The position numbers and the translations under genes were made by a program. From the NCBI GenBank assembly GCA_013141455.1, contig JABFQW010000030.1, positions 1,677-65,676 on the forward strand: a DNA stretch of 64,000 nt, read 5' to 3'. Below the pieces are notes generated by a model. The model was given only the letters and a program-made list of their open reading frames with translations. It did no database searches and was not told the origin of the DNA. This DNA comes from Bacteroidales bacterium (GTDB taxonomy: Bacteria; Bacteroidota; Bacteroidia; Bacteroidales; F082). The first letter of the stretch is position 1, and each line of letters begins with the position of its first letter. Positions 9,751-20,920 of this stretch are shown here, in pieces.

Positions 9751-9842
9751 TGAAGTAAATATCAGGCTGCAAATGTACAGAAGATTTTCACATATCCGCC
9801 AAATATTTTTTGAGAAAATGTCATATTTCTCATGCGATATTT

Positions 9843-12446
9843 CTATTTCACCAACATTTTTCTGATTTCGTGTAATTTAAGCAATGCTTCAACCGGAGTA
9901 AGTGTATCGATATGTGTATTCAATATCTCGTCTTTTATCTGTAATAACAACGGATCGTCGAGTTGAATGAAACTTAACTGATAATCATCGATGGTAGGTT
10001 TACCACCGGCTGCCTTAAACGCCTCATTCGAATGCGTTTTCTCAAGCATCGAAAGCAATTTGTTGGCACGGTCAATCACCTTGCGTGGCATGCCTGCCAT
10101 GGTGGCTACATGAATCCCGAAGCTGTGTTCGCTCCCGCCTTTTTTCAATTTACGTAGAAATATCACCTGATTGCCGCTTTCTTTTACGCTTACATGATAA
10201 TTCCGGATGCGGTTAAAAGAAGCCGCCATCTCGTTCAATTCATGGTAATGGGTGGCAAACATCACTTTAGCCCGAAAAGCAGGATGCTCATGCAGGTATT
10301 CAGTGATTGCCCAGGCAATGCTGATGCCATCGTAAGTACTTGTTCCACGGCCTATTTCGTCGAGAAGAATTAAACTTCGTGAAGAAATATTGTTCAGGAT
10401 ACTGGCCGTTTCGTTCATCTCCACCATAAAAGTGGATTCTCCCGAAGAAATATTGTCGCTGGCTCCAACGCGTGTAAAAACTTTATCCATAATCCCAATG
10501 GAAGCTTTTTCGGCGGGAACAAAACTCCCCATCTGGGCCATCAGAACAATAAGCGCAGTTTGACGAAGCAAGGCCGATTTACCCGACATATTTGGCCCTG
10601 TAATAATGATCACCTGCTGACGATCCTGATCAAGATACACATCATTCGGAATATAGGGTTCACCGGCGGGCAGTTGTTGCTCAATCACAGGATGGCGTCC
10701 CTCCTTAATGTCGATCGAAAAGGAGTCGTTCATCGTAGGACGGACATAATTATTTTTTTGGGCAACCACAGCAAAAGAAACAAGGCAATCCATCCGGGCA
10801 ATTACCGATGCGTTTATTTTAATTGGACTTAAAAAAGCTGAAACAGCAAGAATAAGTTGGGTAAATAATTCTGTTTCAATGGATTGAATTTTGTCCTCAG
10901 CGCCAAGAATTTTTTGTTCATATTCTTTCAACTCTTCGGTAATATAGCGTTCTGCGCCGGTGAGTGTTTGTTTTCTTGCCCATTCGGGAGGCACCTTATG
11001 CTTGTGAATGTTTGTCACTTCGAGGTAATAACCAAATACATTATTGTAGCCAACCTTCAGACTGCTGATTCCTGTTCGTTCTGTTTCACGTTTCTGCAGA
11101 TTGGTCAGATAATCTTTCCCCGATTGAGACAATGATCTCAATTCATCTAATTCAGCAGAAACACCTGCGGCGATAATTTTACCTTTTGCCAAAACAGCTG
11201 GCGCTTCCGGATTCAGTTCATGACTGATTCTGTCGCGGATAACACTGCATTCGTTAAGTTGACCTGCCAGCAATTCAATTCCTGAATTTGGAGTTTTGTC
11301 ACTCATTTGCTTTATTTCATTCACTTGCTGCAAAGCCCTGGATACCTGTAAGAGTTCACGTGGGTTTATTTTGCCGAGTGCTACTTTCGAAATAAGGCGC
11401 TCCAGGTCACCAATCAGGCGAATTTTTTCCTGCAACAAATCAATAAGTTCACGCTTGTTCATCAGATTTTCAACCGTATCATGTCGTTCTTCAATCGACA
11501 TTCTATTTTTTAAAGGCAGTGCAATCCAACGACGAATAAGACGGCTACCCATTGGTGAGACTGTTTTATCTAATACATCAAGCAAGGTTTTGGCACCCTG
11601 ATTTGGTGAACTCAACATTTCCAGGTTACGGATAGTAAATTTATCGAGCCATACATAATTTCCCTCGTCAATTCGGGATAATCCGGAGATATGATCAATC
11701 TTATCGTGGTGTGTTTCAATCAGATAATGTAAGGCAGCACCGGCTGCAATCACTCCAAGCATCAGGTTTTCTACCCCAAAACCTTTGATTGAATTGGTTT
11801 TCAACTGCCTGCAGATTATTTCATTAGAAAAATCAGGCGTGAAAACCCAATCATCGAATACATTGATATAGAATTTGTCGCCAAATGCCTCTGTAAAAAG
11901 TTTTCGTTTATTTCGTTGAATAATCACCTCACTTGGGTTAAAACTCTGAAGTAGCTTTTCGATATAATCTTTGTCGCCTTGTGCCACATAAAATTCACCG
12001 GTCGAAATATCTAAAAAACTAACCCCTGATATGCTTTCACCAAGATGAACTGCTCCCAGAAAATTATTTTCTTTCTGATTTAGGACGTTATCATTGTACG
12101 AAACACCAGGTGTAACTAATTCGGTCACACCCCTTTTTACAATTTTTTTCGTAAGTTTCGGGTCTTCCAACTGATCACAGATTGCAACGCGATATCCGGC
12201 CCTGACTAATTTGGGAAGATAGGTATCGAGTGAGTGATGCGGAAATCCGGCGAGTTCAATAAAAGTGGCAGATCCGTTGGCCCGACGTGTAAGTATAATA
12301 CCCAATATGTTGGAAGCTTTGATGGCATCTTCCCCGAAAGTTTCATAAAAATCACCTACCCGAAACAGCAAGAGGGCGTCAGGATATTTACTCTTGATGT
12401 TATTATATTGCTTCATCAAAGGGGTTTCAACGATAGCGTGCGTCAT
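9843..12446 (-). CDS. mutS: DNA mismatch repair protein MutS
   Basis: TPLMKQY...[16 protein letters not shown]-terminus, Walker A GPNMSGKS, and [12 protein letters not shown]. The 867-aa length is typical. Confidence 0.97.
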   Translation of the reverse strand: MTHAIVETPLMKQYNNIKSKYPDALLLFRVGDFYETFGEDAIKASNILGIILTRRANGSATFIELAGFPHHSLDTYLPKLVRAGYRVAICDQLEDPKLTKKIVKRGVTELVTPGVSYNDNVLNQKENNFLGAVHLGESISGVSFLDISTGEFYVAQGDKDYIEKLLQSFNPSEVIIQRNKRKLFTEAFGDKFYINVFDDWVFTPDFSNEIICRQLKTNSIKGFGVENLMLGVIAAGAALHYLIETHHDKIDHISGLSRIDEGNYVWLDKFTIRNLEMLSSPNQGAKTLLDVLDKTVSPMGSRLIRRWIALPLKNRMSIEERHDTVENLMNKRELIDLLQEKIRLIGDLERLISKVALGKINPRELLQVSRALQQVNEIKQMSDKTPNSGIELLAGQLNECSVIRDRISHELNPEAPAVLAKGKIIAAGVSAELDELRSLSQSGKDYLTNLQKRETERTGISSLKVGYNNVFGYYLEVTNIHKHKVPPEWARKQTLTGAERYITEELKEYEQKILGAEDKIQSIETELFTQLILAVSAFLSPIKINASVIARMDCLVSFAVVAQKNNYVRPTMNDSFSIDIKEGRHPVIEQQLPAGEPYIPNDVYLDQDRQQVIIITGPNMSGKSALLRQTALIVLMAQMGSFVPAEKASIGIMDKVFTRVGASDNISSGESTFMVEMNETASILNNISSRSLILLDEIGRGTSTYDGISIAWAITEYLHEHPAFRAKVMFATHYHELNEMAASFNRIRNYHVSVKESGNQVIFLRKLKKGGSEHSFGIHVATMAGMPRKVIDRANKLLSMLEKTHSNEAFKAAGGKPTIDDYQLSFIQLDDPLLLQIKDEILNTHIDTLTPVEALLKLHEIRKMLVK

Positions 12447-12531
12447 GATTGGTATAATATAGGGCTTAATTCAGGATTATCAACGGCAAATATACGTGTT
12501 GAATCGGTTCATGTATCAAAGCCTAAACTAC

Positions 12532-12539
12532 TATTTTTG
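12532..12539 (+). promoter_or_regulatory. Candidate Bacteroidota -7 promoter box (TAnnTTTG)
   Basis: TATTTTTG matches TAnnTTTG and lies 29 nt upstream of the ATG at 12568. No clear -33 TTTG was found. Confidence 0.25.
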
Positions 12540-12567
12540 CATAAAATTAATCTGAACCAAACGAATA

Positions 12568-13098
12568 ATGCGAAAACTTAGCATGGATGAGCTTAACCGC
12601 CTGAATGTGAGTGAATTTAAGAAGATTGAAAAAATTCCTCTCATTGTAGTACTTGATAATATACGTTCACTCAACAATATCGGGTCGGTCTTTCGCACCT
12701 CGGATGCTTTTCGCGTTGAATCGGTTTATCTGTGTGGCATTACAGCATGTCCGCCGCATCGCGATATTCATAAAACGGCCTTAGGTGCCACAGAATCAGT
12801 TGATTGGCATTACTTTAGCAGCACCGCAGATGCTGTGAATCAATTGATGGAAATGCAATATGAAATCGTTGGTATTGAACAAACTGATACAAGCATCAGC
12901 CTGACAGATTTTGTACCTGTCCGTAAAACAGCCATCATTTTTGGTAATGAGGTCGAGGGTGTCGATCCGGAAGTGCTCGGGTCATGCAATCGGAATATTG
13001 AGATTCCTCAGGAAGGAACAAAACATTCGTTAAATATTTCGGTTTGTGCCGGTATTGTAATCTGGCATTTATATACACAATTTGCTAAAATTCTGTAA
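12568..13098 (+). CDS. SpoU/TrmH-family RNA 2'-O-methyltransferase
   Basis: NIGSVFRTSDAF, IIFGNEVEGV and IPQEGTKHSLNISVCAGIVI are the three SpoU methylase motifs. Confidence 0.85.
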   Translation: MRKLSMDELNRLNVSEFKKIEKIPLIVVLDNIRSLNNIGSVFRTSDAFRVESVYLCGITACPPHRDIHKTALGATESVDWHYFSSTADAVNQLMEMQYEIVGIEQTDTSISLTDFVPVRKTAIIFGNEVEGVDPEVLGSCNRNIEIPQEGTKHSLNISVCAGIVIWHLYTQFAKIL

Positions 13099-13205
13099 CT
13101 TATCCAAACTATACCCGTAAAATTGAACAATTTGATAGTTTTTGGGTTTAATTTGTTAATTGGTAAACAGTAATTTAATAAATTTGCAGCAAAATCAATT
13201 TTTCT

Positions 13206-13236
13206 TTTGATTTCTTTAATAAATTAACTACTTTCG
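13206..13236 (+). promoter_or_regulatory. Candidate Bacteroidota promoter (-33 TTTG / -7 TACTTTCG)
   Basis: TTTG at 13206-13209 and TACTTTCG at 13229-13236 (one mismatch to TAnnTTTG), with a 19-bp spacer. Lies upstream of the gene starting at 13303. Confidence 0.3.
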
Positions 13237-13302
13237 CAACAAAGTGTAAAAAATTATAAAACATCCGTTAAAAACAATTGAATACTTAATAAACAAAATG
13301 TT

Positions 13303-15792
13303 ATGAAAAATCATTACAGTCTCTCCCGAATGGTTTTGATTGCTTTAATCGCAATCATGCCTCTGACTTTCTTTGGTCAGGATAAAACCAGCCAGGCTAA
13401 AAGCGACAAAAAGTCATCCACATTTTCTCCATATTGGTACGTACTCGGTGACCTTGGTGTTGCTACCTTTCATGGAGATCTGGCCCAGTATGGTTTTGCT
13501 TTCGATCCTAAATTCATTAAATTGAATGGTCATCTTGGTGGTGGTTATCAATTCGGAGGTGTGTTGGGAACTAATTTAAAATTAGGACGCGGCTACCTTG
13601 GTGGTGAAAAAGATGAATTGAATGCTATTCTTGATTACAACGATTATTTTGAAGGTAATCTGAATCTGACTATCAATATGTTGAACCTTATTCTGGGTAC
13701 TAATCAGGATAGACTTTTCAGTGTATCACCTCATTTTGGTGTTGGTCAGGTGCACTGGCAGGCCAAAGCAATTAACCAAAAAACATCAGCAGTGATTAAT
13801 AAAGTTGGTTATGACGGAAGTACAGGTGGTGAAAATGAAAAAGGTGGAAATAAAAATGGATTTATTGGCGATAATCGCATGGCACTCACTGTTCCGGTTG
13901 GTCTGGATTTAGGATACAATCTTAACCCGAAATGGGATCTGTATCTAGATTATACCTTCAATTTTGTTGATTCAGATCTTTTGGATGCCTACAGTTATGG
14001 CGATAAGATGATGAAAACAGATATGTACAGTACCTTAAATATTGGTGCACGGTACAAATTTGGTGCTTCAGGCGCCAAAAAAATGGCTAAAAACTTTGAT
14101 CAGGTTCTGCTCGAAGCTACTCCAAGTGTTATGGTAGAAAAAGGTGATTCAGTCATTGTAACCGTAAAAGGAACAATTCCTCCAAAATACTTCGACAAGA
14201 AATCGGCAATGAACATCACACCGGTAATTGTTTATGAAGGTGGTTCAACGCCAATGGAGCCAATTAATCTGAAAGGTGAAAATGCAGTTGGTGAGGGTCA
14301 GGTTATCAGCTATAAAAATGGCGGAACTTTCACCCACACGGCAAAAGTTCCTTATAATCCAAATATGAATGTCAGTGACCTGGTGATTGCTCCGATGATC
14401 TATACCCCAAAGAGTGAAACTCAGGCTACCCGCGAAGCAATTCAGGAAAAAGAGCAATATTTTACCGCTGACCAACGCAAATTGGCCGATGGTGTTATTT
14501 ATACGTCAAAACGATTGGCTGAAGACGGAATGAACACTTCTACCACAGCCCATGGTTATGAAAAAGTAACAATGTTCACGAAAGATGCCAACCTTTATTT
14601 CAAAGTGAATGTTGCCGATCTTGATCTGAAACTGCCTTTGAACAAGAAGGATGAAAACATTGCTTTATTAAAGGGACTGACAACTGATGTTCAAAAAGGT
14701 TGGGCGATTAAAGAAATTACTATCGCCGGTTGGGCTTCACCTGAAGGAGAAGAAACCTTCAATGCCGGATTGTCAGAAAAACGCGCCAATACTACTGAAA
14801 AATATGTAAAGGATCAGCTGAATAAATTGGCTAAAGACAAGAATGCTAAGGTTAGCTACACCAAAGCAGATGAAATTACTTTTGCCAAATCGGGTAATGG
14901 ACCTGACTGGAATGGTTTCATGAATGCAGTTGAAGGCTCTTCAATCAAGGATAAAAATGCCATATTGAATGTTGTTCGTTCAGCTAATGCTGCCAGCCGT
15001 GAGCAGGAAATCAGGAACATGATTCTGATCTATCCTGAACTGGAAAAAGAAATTCTTCCTCCTTTGCGCAGAGCAATGATCTCGGTAAATACATTTGAAC
15101 CAAAACGGACTGATGCTGATATTTCAAGTCTCGCACTTTCAGGCCCGGAAACATTGAGTTTAGCCGAACTTCTTTATGCTGCAACATTAACAGCAGATCC
15201 TGCAACTCAGAAAACTATTCTTGGAAATGCAATGCGCCTGCACCCTGAAAGTCTGAATGCAGTTATTAATGCATCTGATGCTGAACTTGCACTTGGTAAC
15301 TATGATGCTGCTAAAACATTACTCGAAAAAGCCTTGACCATGTCAGATAAATCGGCTGAAGTTTACAATAATCTGGGTGTTGTTGCTGTTCATCAGAAAG
15401 ATTACATCGCTGCTGAAAATCATTTTGCCAAAGCAAAACAATTGGGTGCTGATGTTGCTTACAATGAAGGGATTATAAGCATTTACAAAGGTGATTACGA
15501 TAAGGCCGTTAACTCGATGAAAAGTAAAAAATGCGATTACAATCTTGGGTTAGCTCAAACATTGAACGGTGATCTTTCCGGTGCTAAATCGACACTTGAT
15601 TGCGCTCCTGTTACCGGTGAATCACTCTATCTGAAAGCAATTATCGGCGCTCGTTCAAACGATAAGGAAATGTTGTACAGCAACCTGATGAAAGCAATTC
15701 AGAAAAATGAAGATTATAAAAATCAGGCAAAATGGGATCGTGAATTCATTAGTTTCTTTAATGAGCAGGATTTCATGAATATTGTTAAATAA
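13303..15792 (+). CDS. Outer-membrane protein with an N-terminal beta-barrel-like region, an OmpA-like segment and C-terminal TPR repeats
   Basis: Signal peptide (LIALIAIMPLTFFGQ), a Gly/aromatic-rich barrel-like N-terminal region, IAGWASPEGEETFNAGLSEKRA (OmpA-C-like), and C-terminal TPR-like repeats (YNNLGVVAVHQKDYIAAENHFAKA). Confidence 0.6.
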   Translation: MKNHYSLSRMVLIALIAIMPLTFFGQDKTSQAKSDKKSSTFSPYWYVLGDLGVATFHGDLAQYGFAFDPKFIKLNGHLGGGYQFGGVLGTNLKLGRGYLGGEKDELNAILDYNDYFEGNLNLTINMLNLILGTNQDRLFSVSPHFGVGQVHWQAKAINQKTSAVINKVGYDGSTGGENEKGGNKNGFIGDNRMALTVPVGLDLGYNLNPKWDLYLDYTFNFVDSDLLDAYSYGDKMMKTDMYSTLNIGARYKFGASGAKKMAKNFDQVLLEATPSVMVEKGDSVIVTVKGTIPPKYFDKKSAMNITPVIVYEGGSTPMEPINLKGENAVGEGQVISYKNGGTFTHTAKVPYNPNMNVSDLVIAPMIYTPKSETQATREAIQEKEQYFTADQRKLADGVIYTSKRLAEDGMNTSTTAHGYEKVTMFTKDANLYFKVNVADLDLKLPLNKKDENIALLKGLTTDVQKGWAIKEITIAGWASPEGEETFNAGLSEKRANTTEKYVKDQLNKLAKDKNAKVSYTKADEITFAKSGNGPDWNGFMNAVEGSSIKDKNAILNVVRSANAASREQEIRNMILIYPELEKEILPPLRRAMISVNTFEPKRTDADISSLALSGPETLSLAELLYAATLTADPATQKTILGNAMRLHPESLNAVINASDAELALGNYDAAKTLLEKALTMSDKSAEVYNNLGVVAVHQKDYIAAENHFAKAKQLGADVAYNEGIISIYKGDYDKAVNSMKSKKCDYNLGLAQTLNGDLSGAKSTLDCAPVTGESLYLKAIIGARSNDKEMLYSNLMKAIQKNEDYKNQAKWDREFISFFNEQDFMNIVK

Positions 15793-15806
15793 CAATTTGT
15801 TCTGAT

Positions 15807-15843
15807 AAAAAAGGCCCGTCTGAATTTCAGACGGGCCTTTTTT
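15807..15843 (+). terminator. Intrinsic terminator
   Basis: AAGGCCCGTCTGA-att-TCAGACGGGCCTT followed by TTTT, 15 nt after the stop codon. Confidence 0.85.
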
Positions 15844-15955
15844 ATGCCCTTTGTGTGTTCAATTATCAGTTGTTTCAATCTCACGGGATGAAGAGTTTAC
15901 TGAACTGACACGACACAATCAGCCTCAGAAAAGGATAGTGAGATAATACCGGATA

Positions 15956-16591
15956 TTAAAGCGAGATACGATGAATACCGGTTTCGTACGATTGATTTAT
16001 TACTTCAATAATCTTTTGATAATCAGAATCATTGTGTACGAAGTCGATGGTATTGGTGTCAAGAATGAGGATTCTCATATCCTGATGACCCTGAATAAAC
16101 TCGAAATAACCATCCTGAATACGATTTAAATAGTCGTCCTGAATTTGTTGTTCATAAGATCGGCCACGCAATTTGATGTTTTGCTGTAGTTTTTCAACAT
16201 CGAGGTATAAATACACCAATAAATCCGGTTTTGGAAGTGTAGCACTGATAAAATTGAAAAACCTGGTAAACAAGGCAAGCTCATCCTCCGGCAAAGTCTT
16301 GCGGGCAAAAATCAACGATTTCATAATATAGTAATCTGATATTATGAACGATTGAAATAAATCGAACATGACCAGCTTGTCTTTCAGTTGCTGAAAACGC
16401 GATGCCATAAACGACATTTCGAGTGGAAAAGCATATTTATCCTGATCCTCATAGAACTTAGGAAGAAACGCATTGTCTTCAAATTGTTCGAGAATTAATC
16501 TGGCATTGAAATCATTCGAAATACGTGTAGCAAGCGAAGTTTTGCCTGCACCGATCGTTCCTTCAATCGCTATGAAATTGTACTGTATCAT
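15956..16591 (-). CDS. Deoxynucleoside kinase
   Basis: P-loop IAIEGTIGAGKTSLA, LEQFEDNAFL, and an FQQ/ISDY region typical of the dNK family. Confidence 0.85.
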   Translation of the reverse strand: MIQYNFIAIEGTIGAGKTSLATRISNDFNARLILEQFEDNAFLPKFYEDQDKYAFPLEMSFMASRFQQLKDKLVMFDLFQSFIISDYYIMKSLIFARKTLPEDELALFTRFFNFISATLPKPDLLVYLYLDVEKLQQNIKLRGRSYEQQIQDDYLNRIQDGYFEFIQGHQDMRILILDTNTIDFVHNDSDYQKIIEVINQSYETGIHRISL

Positions 16592-16609
16592 TCCTGCAAA
16601 GGTACTGAT

Positions 16610-17122
16610 CTAATCTTTTGGGTGATCGGTAATGTCGTAGTTTCTTACCTCATTTTTATCTTCCAGTTGTGAAAGAATCCGGGTTTGACTAAGCCCCAGA
16701 ACCGGATGGATAAAATCCGGAGCTATTTCGACCATCGGTACCATTGTGAAGCGACGTAAATGTAACCTCGGGTGAGGGACTGTAAGTGTTTCACTTTGAA
16801 TAATATCCGAGTTGAAATATACTATATCAAGATCAATTGTTCGTGAACTGTACCCTTTACCTTGTCGTTCGCGACCCAACAACAATTCTATTTCAAGTAA
16901 TTTTTCGAGTAATTCGAATGGGTCGAGTGAGGTAACAATACTGATTACCTGATTCAGAAATTTCAGGTCCGAATCAAATCCAATGGGCAGGGTTTCATAA
17001 ACAGATGATTTAATTGGTTTATGAATACAAAGCTCAGTTATTTTGGTGATTGCATCCCTTAGATTAGCTTCGCGATTACCAAGATTTGTACCTAACAGGA
17101 TGAATACAGTATTCAGTTGCAT
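16610..17122 (-). CDS. folK: 2-amino-4-hydroxy-6-hydroxymethyldihydropteridine diphosphokinase (HPPK)
   Basis: ILLGTNLGNR, RTIDLDIV and TVPHPRLHLRRF are the HPPK signature blocks. Confidence 0.9.
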   Translation of the reverse strand: MQLNTVFILLGTNLGNREANLRDAITKITELCIHKPIKSSVYETLPIGFDSDLKFLNQVISIVTSLDPFELLEKLLEIELLLGRERQGKGYSSRTIDLDIVYFNSDIIQSETLTVPHPRLHLRRFTMVPMVEIAPDFIHPVLGLSQTRILSQLEDKNEVRNYDITDHPKD

Positions 17123-17143
17123 GGAATTTTAATTATTGTCCCG

Positions 17144-17908
17144 TCAGACACCATTTGCGAGTATTTCCGTTTTTCTGACCGATTTGGTTAAAAGTCGGAT
17201 CATGGCTTCCATTTTGTATCCATAATTTTGATCAGTGGCCCAGGTTCCTGCCAACGAATGGATATCGGGCGCAATTCCCCGTTTTACAAAGGCGAACCGT
17301 GTATCAACAAGTTTGGTAGTGATGGGTTCATGGCTGGCATAAGCTTTTAAATGTTGTATATGTGCCCTTACTCCATCCTCCATGCTCCCGAAAGTGGACC
17401 CCATGCTTTTACCCGTTGCACCCAATCCGCAGAAATTAAATTGATTTGCTTTAACCGAACCGTTAAACCGCAGAAATCCTGTCTCGAGGCACATCTGACT
17501 GATCGCGATATCATGATTTATCCCTTCAACCGCGCAATCTGAAATGTATGTTTCAACAATATGCTGAACAAAATCCAAATCAAGTTTTGGGTTATTCGCA
17601 ATAAGAAAACCAATCAGCTGGGCCTTGGTTGTGCTTGCGGCTGATCGAATTAATATAGTGGGCTTGTATCGGACTTCTATCTCGGGCAGGTCGAAGATCG
17701 GAATGGAATATGTACTTAATAATGAGGTGTCAGAAAGAATGAGGTGGTTTTCGATGGCGATTTGTTCAAGGATAGAATCGGTATGGCTGACGGGTTCGCT
17801 GTACGTATTTTGTGTATTACTTCCGGCTGCTAAAACTACGATAATCAAGAAGCAAAGAATGGCAACCTGAACAAGAAATCTTTTATGTTCTTTGAAGTAA
17901 TTTTTCAT
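17144..17908 (-). CDS. Membrane-anchored glucosaminidase-domain protein (peptidoglycan hydrolase-like)
   Basis: N-terminal TM segment (FLVQVAILCFLIIVVLAAG), then IAISQMCLETGFLRFNG...NFCGLG, resembling the mannosyl-glycoprotein endo-beta-N-acetylglucosaminidase domain. The start is placed at MKNYFKEH. The ORF extends to 17938. Confidence 0.65.
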   Translation of the reverse strand: MKNYFKEHKRFLVQVAILCFLIIVVLAAGSNTQNTYSEPVSHTDSILEQIAIENHLILSDTSLLSTYSIPIFDLPEIEVRYKPTILIRSAASTTKAQLIGFLIANNPKLDLDFVQHIVETYISDCAVEGINHDIAISQMCLETGFLRFNGSVKANQFNFCGLGATGKSMGSTFGSMEDGVRAHIQHLKAYASHEPITTKLVDTRFAFVKRGIAPDIHSLAGTWATDQNYGYKMEAMIRLLTKSVRKTEILANGV

Positions 17909-18204
17909 CAAAATACAGGCATAATTATACGAGTACAAAGGTTAAACATTGGGCCATGATATTTCATGCATTTGAGAGATACTTTTACACAAAAAATTGT
18001 TAATATTGTAAAAGGAAATTACACAAAAAGCCAAATTACAATGTTCATATTCGAACAGTTAATGCCCAATCCCGGCCACGTGACCTGTTTCATTTGTTAC
18101 GAAACATTCTGTAACACTCGCCTAAACAACAAATTATAAAATCATGCATGATTTGTGTAATGATAGAAATCATATAAGTAGTAATCACATAAAACATTAA
18201 CCAG

Positions 18205-19983
18205 ATGAAAGAGTTTTTTAAATTTATGTTTGCTTCCCTGTTGGGGACACTGTTAACATTGTTGTTGCTTTTGTTTATCGTTATTGGCACGATTTCGGCT
18301 TTGGTCTCGATGGCTGATAATGAACAGGTGAAACTTAAAGCCAACACCATCTTAACAATAAAATTTGATGAGCCGGTTGTTGACCGTTCCAGCAAGAATC
18401 CATTTGAGAATTTCAATTTCATGTCGATGAAACCTGAGAATACAATCGGGTTGAACGACATCCTTAAAAACATTGAAAAAGCAGGCAATGATCCCAATAT
18501 TAGCGGGATATATATGGATCTCTCAAGCATGGAGATAGGTATGGCTAACCTGGAGGAGATCAGGTTAAAACTGCTGAAATTTAAGGAAACAGGCAAATTT
18601 ATCCTTAGCTATTCGGAAGATTACAGCCAGGCTTCATACTATCTGGCGAGTCTGTCAAACGAAATTTATGTTAATCCCGAAGGCACTATCATGTTCAAAG
18701 GCTTAAGTTCGCAATTGGTCTTTATAAAGAATATGTTGGAGAAGCTGGAGATTCAAACCCAGATTATCCGTGGGCCGAACAACAAATTTAAAAGTGCCGT
18801 TGAACCCTTGATGTACGACAAAATGAGCGACGCCAACCGTGAGCAGATGCAAACGCTTCTGAATTCCATTTGGGGAAAACTGATTGGTTCGATCAGCGAA
18901 AGCCGTAATATCAGTGTCGCCCAACTGAACCTGATAGCCGACAACCTGGAACTCACTACCGCTGAGAAAGCACTGGAATACAAATTTGTAGATGGATTGG
19001 CATATAAAGATGAAATTCTGGCGAAGCTGCGTCAAAAGTCGGGACTTGGTGAGAAAGATAAGATTGAAGCAGTGACGATCGGTAAATATACAAATGCTGT
19101 TGTTGGTGACGAAAATAAAAACCGGAATAAAATAGCGGTTATTTATGCCGTAGGATCCATCTCGAGCGGAGAGGGCAATGAAACTGCCATTGGTTCCGAA
19201 AGTTTATCGAAAGTGATTCGGAAGGCCCGTGAAGACGAAAAAATAAAGGCAATTGTTTTCCGCGTGAACTCGCCCGGTGGAAGTGCATTGGCTTCTGAAA
19301 TAATCCGTCGTGAAGTTGAACTGGCGAAAAATACCAAACCATTCATTGTATCCATGGGAAATGTTGCAGCATCCGGTGGTTATTGGATTTCGACCAATGC
19401 CGATTATATTTTTGCCGATGCAGGTACCATCACCGGATCGATTGGCGTATTTGGTGTTATACCGAATATGAAAGGCTTGTTTAACAATAAATTAGGTATT
19501 ACATTCGATAAAGTAATGACCAACAAAAACTCCGATTTCTTTGGAACCATGGAACCTTTGAGTGAGTTTCAATATGCCAAAATCCAGGGTGAGGTAGTAC
19601 GCATTTATGACGACTTTACCGGATTGGTAGCGCGCACACGAAAACTTCGTCAATCGTATGTTGACAGCATTGGACAAGGTCGCGTTTGGGCCGGTAGTGA
19701 TGCAATTAAACTTGGTTTGATTGACCAGATTGGCGGATTGGAAGATGCCATCGCCTATGCGGCTGAAAAAGCATCGGTTGCAAATGATTTCAGGATAACC
19801 GAATTGCCCGAGCAAAAAGACCCGATTCAACAACTCATCGAAGAAATGAGCGGACAAACAAGGGTTAAGGCTACATTGAAGCAACAGTTAGGCGATTATT
19901 ATGGTTATATTGAATATATCGAACAATTGAAAGGTATGACCGGTGTACAGGCCAGGTTACCTTTTCAGATGGTGATTGAATAA
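18205..19983 (+). CDS. sppA: Signal peptide peptidase SppA, 67K type
   Basis: N-terminal TM segment and two tandem S49 domains. VNSPGGSALASE and GNVAASGGYWIS (Ser nucleophile region) are typical. Confidence 0.9.
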   Translation: MKEFFKFMFASLLGTLLTLLLLLFIVIGTISALVSMADNEQVKLKANTILTIKFDEPVVDRSSKNPFENFNFMSMKPENTIGLNDILKNIEKAGNDPNISGIYMDLSSMEIGMANLEEIRLKLLKFKETGKFILSYSEDYSQASYYLASLSNEIYVNPEGTIMFKGLSSQLVFIKNMLEKLEIQTQIIRGPNNKFKSAVEPLMYDKMSDANREQMQTLLNSIWGKLIGSISESRNISVAQLNLIADNLELTTAEKALEYKFVDGLAYKDEILAKLRQKSGLGEKDKIEAVTIGKYTNAVVGDENKNRNKIAVIYAVGSISSGEGNETAIGSESLSKVIRKAREDEKIKAIVFRVNSPGGSALASEIIRREVELAKNTKPFIVSMGNVAASGGYWISTNADYIFADAGTITGSIGVFGVIPNMKGLFNNKLGITFDKVMTNKNSDFFGTMEPLSEFQYAKIQGEVVRIYDDFTGLVARTRKLRQSYVDSIGQGRVWAGSDAIKLGLIDQIGGLEDAIAYAAEKASVANDFRITELPEQKDPIQQLIEEMSGQTRVKATLKQQLGDYYGYIEYIEQLKGMTGVQARLPFQMVIE

Positions 19984-20002
19984 AAGATTAATTATGATTA
20001 TA

Positions 20003-20036
20003 AAGCCTGTCAAACGCAAGTTTGGCAGGCTTTTGT
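20003..20036 (+). terminator. Intrinsic terminator after sppA
   Basis: AAGCCTGTCAAAC-gcaa-GTTTGGCAGGCTT (one mismatch) followed by TTTG. Confidence 0.6.
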
Positions 20037-20920
20037 TATAATCCAAAGTAATATTGTCCGTTGAAAAAAGTGAATCTCAGCCTGCGGCTGACAGGCGCTA
20101 CGCAAAATCCTGTAATTGTATTCTATTGTTTTACAATACTTTATCCGCTACGCGGAAAGTTCTTCGTAGAGCCTGTCCTGATTTTTATTGGGAAAATTAT
20201 GTATTGTAAGAAAGCAAGTTATAGAAAAGATTTACCTCGTAGAGCCTGCGAATTTAGAATTTTTCCACCTAAGAAAATTTGCCCAAACTGACAAAAAAAC
20301 AACGATATGTATAGACCACTCAGAATTTGAAGCGGAGAGAAATCTGAGTTGCAAATTGTCTCACAATACAATAATGTACAAAGTCCTTCAAATGTATTTG
20401 TTTGCTTGTTATTGCGGACCCGAAAGCGTGAAAGCGGTGGAAAAAAGTTCTGATTATGTCGCGAAGGCACTGAATCATCTTTCAGGTTGCCAGATATGAA
20501 ATTTTCTGAAAATAACCCACCAATTTGTTGATTAGGAAAGGAAAACCAAGCCTGTATCAGTCACGGATTCTCCAACTCTGTTTTCAAAACAAAAACCATT
20601 TGAATCACTGTTTTATTGGCATACCATTGGACCCCGTTCTAATCTGCTATTTCAGTGCCATCATTTTGTTTGCTGTTAATGATTAGATAACTGATTACCA
20701 GTACTAAGAATTTAATATTAAATCATTTATCAATAACATAGAATGTTTGCAAAAGGTCTATTTTACCATTATATTTGTACTGGATAACAACTAATATTCA
20801 TTTATAACAAAGAAGGAGGTGGCTTATGGACACGGTTCATCTGGTCGGTTGAGTTCGCTCAAGTGGATTCATCCGTTTCTCTATTTATACAATATCATTC
20901 ACTTAAATATTATTATAATT

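Noticed and set aside
18090-18596. 168-aa minus-strand ORF overlapping the sppA start
   Set aside because: It is antisense to sppA and low-complexity hydrophobic, with no family resemblance. It is a shadow ORF.
20061-20499. Three overlapping 76-103-aa ORFs in the long intergenic region after sppA
   Set aside because: They overlap each other on both strands, have odd composition, start at non-ATG codons in part, and have no recognisable motifs. The region is treated as non-coding.
20819-20920. N-terminal extensions offered by the ORF track (20819 GTG; also 52625, 56526, 55189, 34134, 34966 and 38708)
   Set aside because: In each case a downstream ATG gives a canonical signal peptide or family-typical N-terminus, while the extension has no such character. 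Downstream starts were preferred but remain unverified.
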